A program made the translations under genes and the position numbers. Under the pieces are notes generated by a model. The model made no database searches and had not been told where the DNA came from. It saw nothing but the letters and a program-made list of their open reading frames with translations. DNA of 61,745 nt, filler included, from Pirum gemmata (Eukaryota), in the NCBI GenBank assembly GCA_002812295.1. It is 19 parts of 19 records of this genome, joined end to end, with 100 filler letters (N's around TTAATTAATTAA, not from the genome) between each part and the next. Parts side by side here need not be neighbours in the genome. Positions count along the whole stretch, not along the records: positions 1 to 2,994 come from PDIN01003796.1; positions 3,095 to 6,118 come from PDIN01003797.1; positions 6,219 to 9,255 come from PDIN01003798.1; positions 9,356 to 12,355 come from PDIN01003799.1; positions 12,456 to 15,456 come from PDIN01003800.1; 14 more parts are not named here. The stretch is one strand, 5' to 3'. Shown here one piece after another: positions 1 to 12,762 of this stretch (its first letter is position 1; each line of letters starts with the position of its first letter).

Positions 1-102
1 AACATCGAGTTACTAATTAATTTTCCAAAAAAAAAAAAAAACAACGCTAAATGCTAGTTCACACTTTTTCCACCAGTAACAGTGACCAGTTTCCTAGGAC
101 CA

Positions 103-637
103 GACGGATAAAAATTTTTAACCGAATAGGAGTAGACGACTAGTTATTATTAGCTCATAGCTCATGATAGCCTTAGCCTGCTACATACTGCCTTTTCTAC
201 TAATTAGGCCTTTTCTACTAAAGTACATTGGCACCAGTTGGCACAGTAGGGGTGAGAGGACGTCATTTTATTATTACCGAACAAGAACTTTTCCAATTTT
301 ATGGTTTTATTACTATTAATTAATGTTAATATTATTACTTTAATTGATAACTACTATAATTAGATTTACTATTTAAGCTATTTAACTGCTATTATTGATT
401 ATTGGTACGGAATATGGAACTAAGGTTGGCTCGATAAGCATCTGTTCGAAAAAAGTTCCAGTAAGATATCTCACCCCCTACTGTTGGCACATTGCTCAAC
501 AATAATATTATAATGATTGCTGTAGCTAATAGCTATGATATACCAAAAAAAGTCCAGAGGTATGTGGAGGAAATTTTTATTTTTTTTAAAAAATTAGTTA
601 GCTAGTCTACTCCTATTCGGTAAAAAAATTATCCGTC
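103..637. mobile_element. Non-autonomous element bounded by ~35-bp inverted repeats (GACGGATA...TATCCGTC)
   Basis: GACGGATAAAAATTTTTTAACCGAATAGGAGTAGAC at 103-138 is the imperfect reverse complement of GTCTACTCCTATTCGGTAAAAAAATTATCCGTC ending at 637. No TSD is recognisable. Confidence 0.55.
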
Positions 638-1054
638 AAGTAACGCAAGTTACTCAACTCAACATTCACTCGTTCAGACCAGTCAGATTCTTGAAAGGTT
701 CTGTGGTTGAAAAGTTAGTGAAAAGTTACTCATTGTGTACTCTGCTCATTGCACAAGTCAAAAAGTTTCAGAAATTCAGATTCTTCAGAACTCCCCAATC
801 ACAAGTTTCCTAAATTTCCTATTAATTAAAAGGTTATTATTCCTATTAAATCTGAGGCTATCTTTGCTTTCATGTCAGTGCAATGATGTCACCATGCCAC
901 TTTTATGGTGTGCTTTGGGCGAATGAGACAAAACAAAGAGTTCAAGAAAAACCCCTTGTTTACTGTGGGTTTCATTACTTTACAATACGATAATAGTTAT
1001 ACTATGATAGTATGATATCATAGCTGGAACACATCAGACACAGCTTGCCGGCCA

Positions 1055-1671
1055 TTTTATCAAAACAAAAACTTTGTTTTCCAACTGTTTTTCAACAGTT
1101 ACAAACTGAAAACACAGTTAGTTAGTTTATTAATATATACCAATTACTTGGTCTCAACCACCATCGAATCTTATTCCGATAATGGTCATATTCCACAACA
1201 CTTCCACAAACACTTAAAACAATATAATACTCAGTGTGACAAACTTTTGACTGCTCACGGTTTTCAAAAATTACTACTACAACAAAAATACAAAAAACAA
1301 TATACCAGTATACAGACTCAAAGTTACTTACTGAGCTTTGTTTGCTATCAGTGCAATCAGTGCAACATCACAACACACAACACACAACACATTAAATTTT
1401 ATCAAGACAAAAACTTTGTTTTTCAACTGTTTTTCAACACCTTTTCAACTATTGCAAACTGAAAACACAATTAGTTAGTTTATTATATATACCAATTACT
1501 TGGTCTCAGCCACCATCGAATCTTTTTAATTAGACACCGATAATGGTCATAATATCCCACAACACTTCCACAAACACTTAGCAATATAATACTCAGTGTG
1601 ACAAACTTTTGAATGCTCACGGTTTTCAAAAATCACTACTACTACAACAACAAAAATACAAAAAACAATAT
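1055..1671 (+). repeat. Diverged direct duplication of ~250-270 bp
   Basis: 1055-1303 and ~1397-1671 align (ttttatcaa..caaaaactttg ... ccaattacttggtctca.ccaccatcgaatc ... caaaaatacaaaaaacaatata). Confidence 0.85.
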
Positions 1672-2170
1672 ATAAATATATATGTGCTTCTGGGCGATAA
1701 TATAACCAACAGCTACAGGAATATTATTATGAACTTGAATGATCCCCTTACAGATAAATACTTATAGCTAACTAGCTACATGTAATTAATTAACATAATT
1801 ATTATGTTTGTTTGCTTATAACAAAAAAGATATTCTATGTCGTTGAGAAAAAAGATTTATTTATATAAATATCATAATTAGAAAAAAAAGAAAAAAAAAA
1901 ACTTATATATTTCCATAATAACGGTTAATTAATATTATAAATACATATCACACATCATCATTTTCGAATTTTTTAATTTTAATTAAAAAACCCTTTTTTT
2001 TACTGGGGGGTTCACATCCCACGAGGTCATGGGCTTTAGAAGTAGATCTTCCAGCATCCAAAAAACAAATTCTTACTAAAAACACTTTCGAGTACCCCTT
2101 ACAGCCCACTCTTCAGTTATCGTAGTTAGTTTTAAAAGGAGGGAAGGTAGGTTGTAACGTCATTAGCTCG

Positions 2171-2236
2171 GATTGCGTGATTGCGTGATTGCTTGATTGC
2201 GTGATTGGCGTGATTGTGTGATTGTGTGACTGCGTG
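2171..2236 (+). repeat. 8-bp minisatellite (GATTGCGT)n
   Basis: About 8 imperfect tandem copies are visible. Confidence 0.85.
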
Positions 2237-2994
2237 GACCGTTCTATCTGAACATTTCAAGAAACCGGATCTTCCTCGATCTAACTAGATGATTATTAAT
2301 ACCCTATTTATCACAGTTGACTAGTCTAATTGTAACCAAGAACCCCACTCTAACCCAAACCCCGTCCCAAGCGAAAAAAATTACCAGCATTCAAGCAGTG
2401 CTGATTCTGAAAGAACTCAAAACAAAAAATCTTCTCTCCCTCTTTCACATCCACCCAACCAGCTAACCAGCTCACCCAACTTACCTATGAGGTCATAGAC
2501 TATCACTGATACTAGCAGTCTATCTGTAGTACCACCTACTGTATGCATAGCTAACTATCATAGCTACGGCTCTGACTGACACTATTATCACTATAACTAG
2601 CTAGGGTCAGGGTCAGGGTTAGGGTTAGGGTTAGGGTTAGGGTTAGGGTTAACTAACACTATGATAAAAGTTAACTTTGCTCAATTAATTTCAGAAGGCT
2701 CCAATACTTTAGCTTGTTGGGAAGCTTGAATATTTTTTATATTTTAATTTTCAAGCCTAAACTAGCTTGAAACCTCGAATAATTATTAAATATATTCGAA
2801 TTTTAATAGAAATTTCCAAGCTTTTAGAAACATGAAGTTTTTTAAAATAAGGTACCCATTAATTGTTATTGGTATTAGTATTGAAGTATTGATATTAATA
2901 TTGATATTGTTATTGTTATTATTATTGTTGTTATAGTTATAGTTAATGTCAATGTTAATGTTATTCTTGTTCTTGTTCTTGTTCTTGTTCTTGT

Positions 2995-3094
2995 NNNNNN
3001 NNNNNNNNNNNNNNNNNNNNNNNNNNNNNNNNNNNNNNTTAATTAATTAANNNNNNNNNNNNNNNNNNNNNNNNNNNNNNNNNNNNNNNNNNNN
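2995..3094. other. Artificial contig linker (44 N + TTAATTAATTAA + 44 N), first of 18
   Basis: The same 100-nt spacer with stops in all six frames recurs at 6119, 9256, 12356, 15457, 18583, 21677, 24404, 27479, 30518, 33627, 39195, 42315, 45436, 48558, 51678, 54766 and 58647. Confidence 0.98.
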
Positions 3095-3560
3095 TCTATC
3101 ATAGCTAGCTAGCTAGCTAGACGGGTCTGCATTTTTTTTTGGAAATCAAGAGAAATCAAGAGCTAGAATAACAGTTACTGCTAGAATCCACAAAAAAAAA
3201 AAAAAAAAAACTAAAAACTACTACATCTCAATCATTAAGTAAGTAGCTTGTTCGAGAGGTTCTTTTCAATTGTACATGGTATCATATAACTTTTGTTCAT
3301 GAAAGGTAAGACAATATCGAATTGATTAGAAACAACTTTGGTGTTTATAGCTGTGTTAGTTGTCGAGTTCTAGATAGCTCAAGTTGGGGTCGGCGCCGGC
3401 CTCAGCTATGATAGGAGCTGGAATTCAGGCCGGGTGAGAAATTGAGAATCCGATATATACAAGGACGCAGAGTATGAATATGTAGGTGTCCCAACACAAA
3501 CCGAAACACAATTACACATTACATACAGACTATATACATATACATAACACGTTGAAAATC

Positions 3561-3643
3561 TCTCTCACAGAGAATCGAACCTTGAACCTAACTTTTGTTA
3601 GCTAGCCCGGGGTCAACCTCGCCAAGTCAACCACTACACTAGC
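3561..3643 (-). other. tRNA-like relic (tRNA pseudogene or SINE head)
   Basis: Minus strand has an A-box-like TAGTGTAGTGG and a B-box-like GGTTCGATTC at tRNA-like spacing. I could not build a convincing cloverleaf. Confidence 0.3.
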
Positions 3644-3679
3644 TTGATCAAACTAGCGTAGTGGTTGTCCCCAGGTTTA

Positions 3680-5200
3680 ACAAAAGAAGGCTTTGAAAAT
3701 GAAAATGAAATAGGAATGAGACATAAAAGATTACCCAAAATGAAACTAAAGTATACTCAAGACCATTATGAATTTGATTGAGTAAAACTATTTAAATGTT
3801 TCAATACAAAAACGTAGTCTAAAATATGAGAGAAGAATGACCCAAACATCACTTTCCGGTAAAGGCCTAGGTAACTAGTGTTTAAATTTGGTTTGAACAA
3901 GAAGATTTAGATATGAATAAAAATTTTGGGTATGCTATTATGATATATAAATTGTCAAATAGAGGAATTGACTTTAAATACACACCCCTAAACTGGTTTT
4001 AAGAGAAGCAATCATTCAATTTCCACAGAGAACGCATAATATTTCTCAAGCAACAGCACATGAAATAATAGGAATCACCAAGAAAAAAATGGAAATTTTG
4101 AAAAGTATAAATGAATATATATTAAAATCAAAGAAAATTTTATCCCAGCAGACAAATAAGGATATATAAAATTATGGTATAAAATAACTTAGTTAAAGCG
4201 AATATCCAAGCGACAATAGACAAAGAAAATTTCTTTGATTTTAATGATGATTTCGAGAAAAATTATCTTTCAAATGAAGTTAAAATTACGTATCATAAAT
4301 TAAAGTATGATAGTCCACAAAATGTTATTATCATGCAATCATGGGATGAACGGGATTTAACAAATTGGTTACAATTAGTAAAGAAAAGGAACAAGTATTT
4401 AGCCCCCCAAACGAAACAGCTTAATTAAAAAGAATTTAGTTTTAAAATTCTATTGAGATCAATAGAAAAACTTTTGAGCGAAATGAAAAAGATCTTAAAT
4501 TTACACATAATGAATGTGATTAAATTTTGGCTGGAATGTGTCCGGAATATTTATTAATATTTAAGTAGTATTTAAGTGCAGAGTTAATGAAACCGGAAAA
4601 AGTTAAAATTTTAATCCGCTATGTAAAATTATTCTAACTCACTGAAGTTTTAATTAAGATGAAGAGTAAATACAATAACCAAGTTAAATTCGTCAGTATA
4701 ATATGCACACGACTCAATCTATCTGTCTTCTTCAACCCAAATGTCAAAAAATATCCTAAAAATACTACAAATATTTGGTGAAGAAGTTTCAGGAAATTTA
4801 ATTAATTTAGATAAATCATCAATAATTTTAATACATTATCATAAAAATCATAACAATATGGAAAATGAAAAACATTTTACTAATATTAACGTTAATTAAA
4901 TTTGAGACTTTTAAATATTTAGGTAGACCTATCCATATTAAAAAACATGATCTGGTGACTGAAAAAAATGAAAAAGAATTAAAAGAAAAAATTAAAGCGT
5001 CAATAAAAAAAATGAAAGCTGCCAAGTCAATTAGTGATTTTGAACGAATAGAAGCAACAACTTTGCTAGTAGATGCAAAGGTAATTTTTTATTTATCCAA
5101 TTCTTATATATAACGGATGAATGTTTAGATGAGCTACAAATTGAAATAGATAGTGTGATAGGATTAACAAAAATATTTAACAAAACTATGTTCAAAGAAA
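3680..5200 (+). mobile_element. Decayed non-LTR retrotransposon (L1/Tx1-like) reverse transcriptase region
   Basis: From 4702 the frame reads YAHDSIYL (YADD-like)...ILKILQIFGEEVSGNLINLDKSSII, then FKYLG at ~4910 in another frame. These are typical LINE RT domain 5-7 motifs. Many stops and frameshifts; boundaries approximate. Confidence 0.75.
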
Positions 5201-6480
5201 GTAAATGTTTTTAGCTATGTTTTTGTTGTTTCTTTTTTTTTAAAATATATTTTTATATTGTTGTTGTATTGGGTTAATTAATGAAGATATTTTGTTTTAT
5301 ATCGAAAAATTCGTAGTTAAACTTATTATTGTTGTTGTTTTGTTGGTTGTATGCTAGTTTTAATAGCTGTTTTAATAATCGTTCTGTGTTGTTTCATGTT
5401 TTGCAGGGTTTCTATTGTGTGAATTATCCATGTTGGTAATAGTTTATTATTGTGTAATGTGAGGTGCTACGTATGATTACTGTAGCCTATCGATACCAGT
5501 AGCTACAGTCTACTACTGTGTATGATAGCTATACATATCGTAATAGCTATCATATAGTTATGATATCATCTCCTACTAGCTAGCTACGATATAGCTAAGG
5601 GGGTCTAGCTAGTAGCTAGCTATCAATAGCAGTTATCTCCTCTAGCTAGCTAGAGTAGCTAGTTAGAAGAGAGCTCTAGCTAGCTACTAGCTACTACCAG
5701 TACTATGATACCTAGTAGCTAGACCCCCCCCTCTAGCTAGCTACTAGCTAGCTAGCTCTAGGGCAGATGGCAGCTTTATTAGAAGAGAGAGAGAGTAGAC
5801 TATCATAAATACTTTATAAATTAAAATACATAATGATAATAAAAATGAAAAATAATTATGGAAAACCTTTACCTTTACCAACACTCTATTATAATTTGCA
5901 ATATATTTATCCAGATCATTTATTATAATAATAATATAAAAATAATGATAAAGACGAAGAGTAAATAATATTTATGTATATACTCATATTTTAATTCTAA
6001 ATGATGAAGACTAAATATTTTTAATAAAATATTTTAATTATTTATTATGGTAAGTTAAGTAGCACCGGTGTTATTAGTTAATTAGCTGACTATATTATTA
6101 TTATTATTATTATTATTANNNNNNNNNNNNNNNNNNNNNNNNNNNNNNNNNNNNNNNNNNNNTTAATTAATTAANNNNNNNNNNNNNNNNNNNNNNNNNN
6201 NNNNNNNNNNNNNNNNNNCGTGCAGTTTCTGGGAAAATGGAAATTTTGATGGGAATAAAACCGCAACACTGGATCAGAAATTCAGAATCATCATTTCTAG
6301 CATTTTGTGCGTAGACATTGTACGATCACTTTCATGTCTATAAGATTTATGATAGGATCCCCTAACCCATTTTAGTCAGAAAAATTAAGAATCTGTCTTG
6401 TGAGTTGAGTTATGGCTCCAGCTTGAAGCCTTGATTACAGTGTATGCTTTGTGGAACCCTAAAAAAGGCTACATCAATTA

Positions 6481-6649
6481 TTGTGCTTTTTATTTATTTT
6501 GTAACTCCAAATATTTATTTGGTTATTTATAATATTTAAATTGATACTTCTAAATAAATAAACGTATAATAAAATATACCAAATTAAATGAAATGGATAA
6601 TGTTGTATTAATTTGGTACTATTTATTATAAAACAACTGAAAAGCACGA
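6481..6649 (-). mobile_element. MITE family A (~155-190 bp; TIR TCGTGCTTTTCA; TA flanks)
   Basis: TA|TTGTGCTTTT...TGAAAAGCACGA|TA. Interior matches copies at 16537, 57437, 59060, 59572, 60281 and 61362, and partial copies near 7950, 8930, 14960, 57807 and 59915. TA TSD points to Tc1/mariner. Confidence 0.85.
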
Positions 6650-7084
6650 TAATATTAATATTATTTTAAAATTAAAATATGATAAATTAAAAATAATAAA
6701 GATTATTGATAAAAACTCTAATAAATAAAAATAAATATTAATAATAATAATAATAATAAATTATTTTTTGCTTTTTTTTTTGTTTTGTTTTGATGACGAC
6801 TAAGCTGCAAGCAAGCCTACAGTAGTTCTGCAGCTGTGAGTTTTTATAATATGACTAAATACCAAACTCTAAAAAAGGCTATATTATTAAATATGATTAG
6901 CAATCATTATTGATAAATTACTCGACTATGGCGCTTTTTCTAATAAACCATATGATAAACAAAACTGTCTTTCGTGCGATGGCCACAGGATGGCCACTCG
7001 GCCGAGTAAATGCTAGTTGAAATAATAAAAAAAAAATCAAGAAAAGAAAGAAAAAGGAAGGTATTTAAACCAATCGTGTTTGAA

Positions 7085-7111
7085 AGTAGTAGTATTGATA
7101 GTAGTAGTAGC

Positions 7112-7209
<98 letters not shown>

Positions 7210-7376
7210 NNNNNNNNNNNNNNNNNNNNNNNNNNNNNNNNNNNNNNNNNNNNNNNNNNNNNNNNNNNNNNNNNNNNNNNNNNNNNNNNNNNNNNNNNNN
7301 NNNNNNNNNNNNNNNNNNNNNNNNNNNNNNNNNNNNNNNNNNNNNNNNNNNNNNNTAGTATTAGTAGTAGTAGTAA

Positions 7377-7465
<89 letters not shown>

Positions 7466-7585
7466 TACTGTAGTATAGTAGTAGTGATAGTAGTGATAGT
7501 AGTAGTAGTAGTAGTAGTAGTAGTATATATAGTAGTAGTGATAGTAGTGATAGTAGTAGTAGGAGTAGTAGTTGTAGTAGTAGTG
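7085..7585 (+). repeat. (AGT)n microsatellite spanning an assembly gap
   Basis: Pure then degenerate AGT repeats either side of the N run 7210-7355. Confidence 0.95.
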
Positions 7586-7789
7586 CTTTGTCAACGCTGA
7601 ATAAATAGCCTTCTTAAAAATTTAAAAGTTTCAGCCAAACATAGAAAAGATATTTTTCATCGCCCACACATATTGTTTTTTGTTGAAAAATAATATGAGT
7701 AGAGTCTCCGTGCTAATTCTGCTCAGACCTGAAAACTCGAATTTCTGCTGTCAAAAAAAAAAAAGCCAAAATTCAACTCAGTTCGAAAA

Positions 7790-7918
7790 ATATTTTTTTT
7801 TCATATTTTTCGGGTTGATTAATAAATAAATATATTTGAATACTTAATTATAAGCTTGAACATTTCGATCTTATTAATTAATACATAGACTCGAAATCTC
7901 GATTTTTAAACAGAGCAG
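7790..7918. repeat. Dispersed repeat family G; inverted copy at ~60681-60810
   Basis: tttgaatacttaattataagcttgaacatttcga...gactcgaaatctcgatttttaaacagagca matches the reverse complement of 60681-60810. Confidence 0.75.
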
Positions 7919-8226
7919 AATTGTCTAGTATTTTTAGTAAAAGCGGATGGTATTTATTTGGCTATTTGTAATATTAAAATTGATTCTTTAAAAAAATAAA
8001 ATATATAATAAAATATACCAAATTAAATAAAATGGATTTATATTATATTAATTTGGTACTATTTATTTTTTATTTATAACGACAAAGTAACTGAAAAGCA
8101 GTACTCTATGTTTAGTTATAAAATAAATCAGTATTTTTCATATTTTTCCCAGAAAGCAACTTTTATGCATAATAAGAAATAAAAATAAAAAAATAAAAAA
8201 TTCTGTATATATGATTATAATATATG

Positions 8227-8271
<45 letters not shown>

Positions 8272-8855
8272 TAATTATTATTATTATTATTATTGTGATA
8301 TTATATTTTTTTAATTTTAATTAAAGTATTATTGAAATTAATCAATAATTCTGCAAATAATAATAATTACAGATATAGCTATTCAAATAAGTATTTCCAC
8401 CTTATTAGATAATTACTGATATCTAATAATTAATTTAAAAAGAAAGTAAAAATAAATCTTTTTCTGTTGTTGTTGTTGGAAGTGTTCTGACTCCTGAATC
8501 CTCATAGTGTGAAATAATCTATATTACATATATTCAAATAATATAGATTATTATATGTAATAATCTATATGATATTATATTCAAATAATATAGATTATTA
8601 TTGTTATTACTACTTTATTAATATCTACTATTATTGTTATTGTTAACGTTATTATTGATTATAATAATAATAATAATAATAATCTGTATTAATAAAACAT
8701 TTTATTATTAATAGTAGTCTAGCTAGTAGATAGTAATAAACTAGTAATAACAATAATAATCTACATATTATTTAAATATATATATTATAATATAGCTACC
8801 ATTATTACATCAGTAATAATAATCTGCTATTACTATTATTTTTATTATTGATTAA

Positions 8856-8889
<34 letters not shown>

Positions 8890-9357
8890 GAATAACGGTA
8901 CCCATCATAACTATATAACATAGTATTAATACTTTTCAGTTGTTTTGTCATACAATGAAGAGTGCCAAATTAATACAATATAAATCCATTTAATTTAATT
9001 TGGTATGTTTTATTATTTATTTATTTATTTAAAAATATCAATTTAAAGGTTTATAACCTACCAAACAAATATGCAGGGTGACAAAATGAGTAAAAAAAAT
9101 AGACACCCTTTTCAGCTAAATATTCAGTCCAGAACTGAATATTATGGCCCTTTTTTCTCTTTGCTAAAGCTGAAACCTGTCTAGTCTTTGAAAATATATA
9201 ATATATGTGTAATTTTATTATTATTATTATTATTATTATTATAGTATTATTATTANNNNNNNNNNNNNNNNNNNNNNNNNNNNNNNNNNNNNNNNNNNNT
9301 TAATTAATTAANNNNNNNNNNNNNNNNNNNNNNNNNNNNNNNNNNNNNNNNNNNNCA

Positions 9358-12209
9358 GGCAAAGTTCCATCAGATGATTATGATTCCAAAACATGCGGTA
9401 GTCAAACATGTTCTGATACCGAATGTTGCCAAGATGAAGATAATTGTTCAAGTTTTAATTGTGGTACAGACCATGTTAAAATAGCAAATGCTGATCAAAA
9501 ACTATGTGGTGCAGACGGCTGCAGTAAAAGTGAATGTTGCATAAAAAAACCTAAGTGTTCTGAAAACAACTTCCATTGCCCTCCAGGTCAAACCAAAGCA
9601 AAGGATTTTGATAAAATAAGATGTCAAGGTAAAGTTTGTAAACCATCAGAATGTTGTGTGGAATTGGGCTCTTGCAAGAAAGATAACGTCCGATGCCCAG
9701 CAGGAAAAGTCCCATCAGATGATTACGATTCCAAAACATGTGGTGGTCAAACATGTTCTCATACCGAATGTTGCCAAGTACAAAAGACCTGCTCTGGTTA
9801 TAAATGCCCAGCTACTCATCACCCTAAACACGGTTTAGGTAATATCAAATGTGCAAATCAAGCTAGTTGTGCTGTTAATGAATGTTGTACGCCAAAGAAA
9901 ACCTGTGCCCAAGCTAGTATCACATGTCCAAGAAACCATGTTTCAAAGAAAGACTTACATACCATAACGTGTCATGGTCAAACTTGTACCAGTAACGATT
10001 GTTGTGAATTAAATGTTTGCGACCGACAAAAATTAGTTATTAATGGTAAACACACTGCGGACGGTCATACAATTCATATGAATGATAATACTGGAGCCAT
10101 CGCAGTTACACTTACCTCTAAGTTCAGTGGTGAAGTAGGTATTTTTACTGCAAACGATGACATTTTAATTAGTGATTGTACTCTTCAAGTTCGAAATGGT
10201 CAAACTCAAACTATGACTATTAGTCCAGGGGACCGTAGAAGTAGCTGGAGAAATCAAGTTTATATTAATAAGGTTACTTTATCTTACAAACTTCATGAAA
10301 ATAATGGTGCGCAAAGAACATGTCAACAACACTTTAATGTTAGAAGACAAGAAAGTAGTCCTGGGAATTGTGAAAGTACAGGTGATCCTCATACAAAAAC
10401 AATTGATGGTGCAAAACACGCTTGGGGAGGTTAGTTATTATTATTATTTATTATTTATTATTCATTATTATTATTATTATTAATTTATTTTTATTTTTAT
10501 TATTTATTTTTATTATCATTATTATTATTATTAACTATAGCTATTATTATATTAATTGTCATTAATAATTATCATTAATTATTATTATCATTAATTATTA
10601 TGAATTATTATAATTATAAAATCAATATTAATTAATCTTTCAATATAAATATATTACTATAGGACATGACTATGTTTCAATCTTTGAATCCAAAGATCTG
10701 AAATTGATTGGTCACCACAAGCATTTTACAGTCGATTACTTTAAGCCTAAAGACAGATTCGGTGCTGTTGTTCCAGTAGGTACATATTCAGAGGCTTCAA
10801 TCATATACAAAAACACAGTTATACAATTGAAACAGCAAATACACTATACAAAACATGATCGCAGCTTTTGTAAAGGTAAAGCCGATCAAGTAATTTACGT
10901 ATCTAATAGTGAATGTAGAGCAAGATGTGACAAAGAACCCACTTGCCGTGGTTTTGAAATCGAGAAACGAGGCAGACGTTGTGAGCTATCTTGGGATATT
11001 ACACACAAAGAAGGCGGCTGGTGGGCTTCTCAAAATGCTGGTAATTCTGAATGCTGGATTAAAAAGGATCTCGAATTAAGTAAATACAGCGCATGGCAAT
11101 CTCTTAAATTACACAATAACAAGGGTGGTAATAATATAGAAAGGATCAAATACTCCAAACATTCTCTTGGACATGGTGATTCATACAAATTTACATTACC
11201 AGATAAAACACAAATCGTCTTTAACACTAAGAAAGGTTATAAAACGGAGGGTTGGCTCATTGATATTTTCGTTAGAAATATTAGTCCAAGATATCAAGGG
11301 CATGTTGAAGGTGGAGTCTGTGGTAATTGGAATGGTAAAAAAGATGATGACACTTATAACGACTGGAATAGTAAAAATTACTTGATTAACACTTTCTGGA
11401 AATCTTCATTAGATGAATTTAATGGAAGAGCTTTTACTTACAAATCTGATTTACCTGATAACTTTCAAGGTAAAGTGTGTACTATCAACCGGCCTCGTGA
11501 TAATGGTGTAGTCATTGGTGATGTCATAAGGTCAAGTAGAGGTAGAAGAGATGTTGCTGCTGAAGATGAAAGTGCTGGAGCGGAATCATGTCAAGCTGTT
11601 TTAGATATTAAACAAATTAACGAAGCTGTCAAATTAGATTTGTTAGACGGTGAGGACTTGCTGGAAAATTGTAAATACGATTCTCACATTGAAGATTCTC
11701 CAGAGCAACAAGCTAATTCGGTGAGTTATGCAGTTAGTAAAGTAAAATATGAAATGTCAAAGAAAGATTATGATGGTCGCTTAAGTTCTGATGCACAAGG
11801 CTTCTTTGAACATAATGGTTGTACGTTTCCTTTTGGTAAATGGAATGGTGTTAAATGCGAGTGTGGACCAACAGCTTCGGGTAGAACTTGCGATAGAACC
11901 CATGCAGAAGAAAAAGACAAACACAAAGCTCAACTTTTATCTCACAAATGTGTTGATTTAAAATCTAAGGATAAGTCTGCTCGTAAAATTATTTTTGATA
12001 TTGATTTAGATGAAGATAAACAAAAAGTTACTTTCCACGTTTCTGGTGCAGGTAGCTTCAAAGCTACAACTACAGACGTAAATAGCGATTTGTACTTTGG
12101 TTATGTTCCTAAAAATGCCCATCATAAAGATGGTCATATTACAGTTTCTGTTCATGTCAATGGCAAAAAATTGCATTCACCCAAACCATTTACTCTGAAT
12201 GTTTGTTAA
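9358..12209 (+). CDS. Secreted Cys-rich repeat / von Willebrand factor D (VWD) protein, 5'-truncated; exons <9358-10429 and 10663-12209
   Basis: Frame is open from the contig start, with ~35-aa C..C..C..C..CC repeats and a CESTGDPHTKTIDG VWD start. The GTTAGT...TAG phase-1 intron 10430-10662 joins WG-G-HDYVSIF in frame. Downstream: GGVCGNWNG VWD motif, RGRR site, C8-like and EGF-like (CECGPTASGRTC) segments. Confidence 0.9.
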
Positions 12210-12762
12210 AAAAAAAGTACATATTTGATATTTGATATTTGATTTTTGATTAATAAAAAGCTCAAAAAGTATTATTATTACTATTATTATTGTTGAGATT
12301 GTAATTGTAATTGTTATTTTTTATCATATTAATTATTAATTATTATTATTATTATNNNNNNNNNNNNNNNNNNNNNNNNNNNNNNNNNNNNNNNNNNNNT
12401 TAATTAATTAANNNNNNNNNNNNNNNNNNNNNNNNNNNNNNNNNNNNNNNNNNNNAAAAAAATACATTTTCCTGCATATATTTTTTTCGATTTAATTAAT
12501 AAAAAAGCAGCAGGGAAAAGCAGGAACTATAAAAAAAAAATCGAAGACCGGTATCCCTCCCGAATTTACAAAAAATCTTTCAAATCACCGCCAATATGTA
12601 GACTCCGATTGTAGAGGGCTAGCTAGCTAGCTAGCTAGTAGTAGCTAGTCTAGCTAGGAGTAAGGGTCTCATTATAGGGAAATAATTGTTAGGGGCCCGA
12701 TAGTCTATGATAGCTAGTAGTGGCCCGATAGACCCCCTCTAGGTGGTGAAGTTACCATCGAT

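Noticed and set aside
3039..3050. TTAATTAATTAA recurring about every 3.1 kb as a periodic biological motif
   Set aside because: Always centred in exactly 44+44 N; it is a synthetic six-frame-stop linker. The periodicity only reflects similar contig sizes.
7010..7600. Poly-Ser/Val/Tyr ORFs (likewise 17998, 22056-22633, 23725-24451, 27523-27848, 30310, 31240-32241, 33448, 42660, 56143)
   Set aside because: Translations of microsatellites, often running through N gaps.
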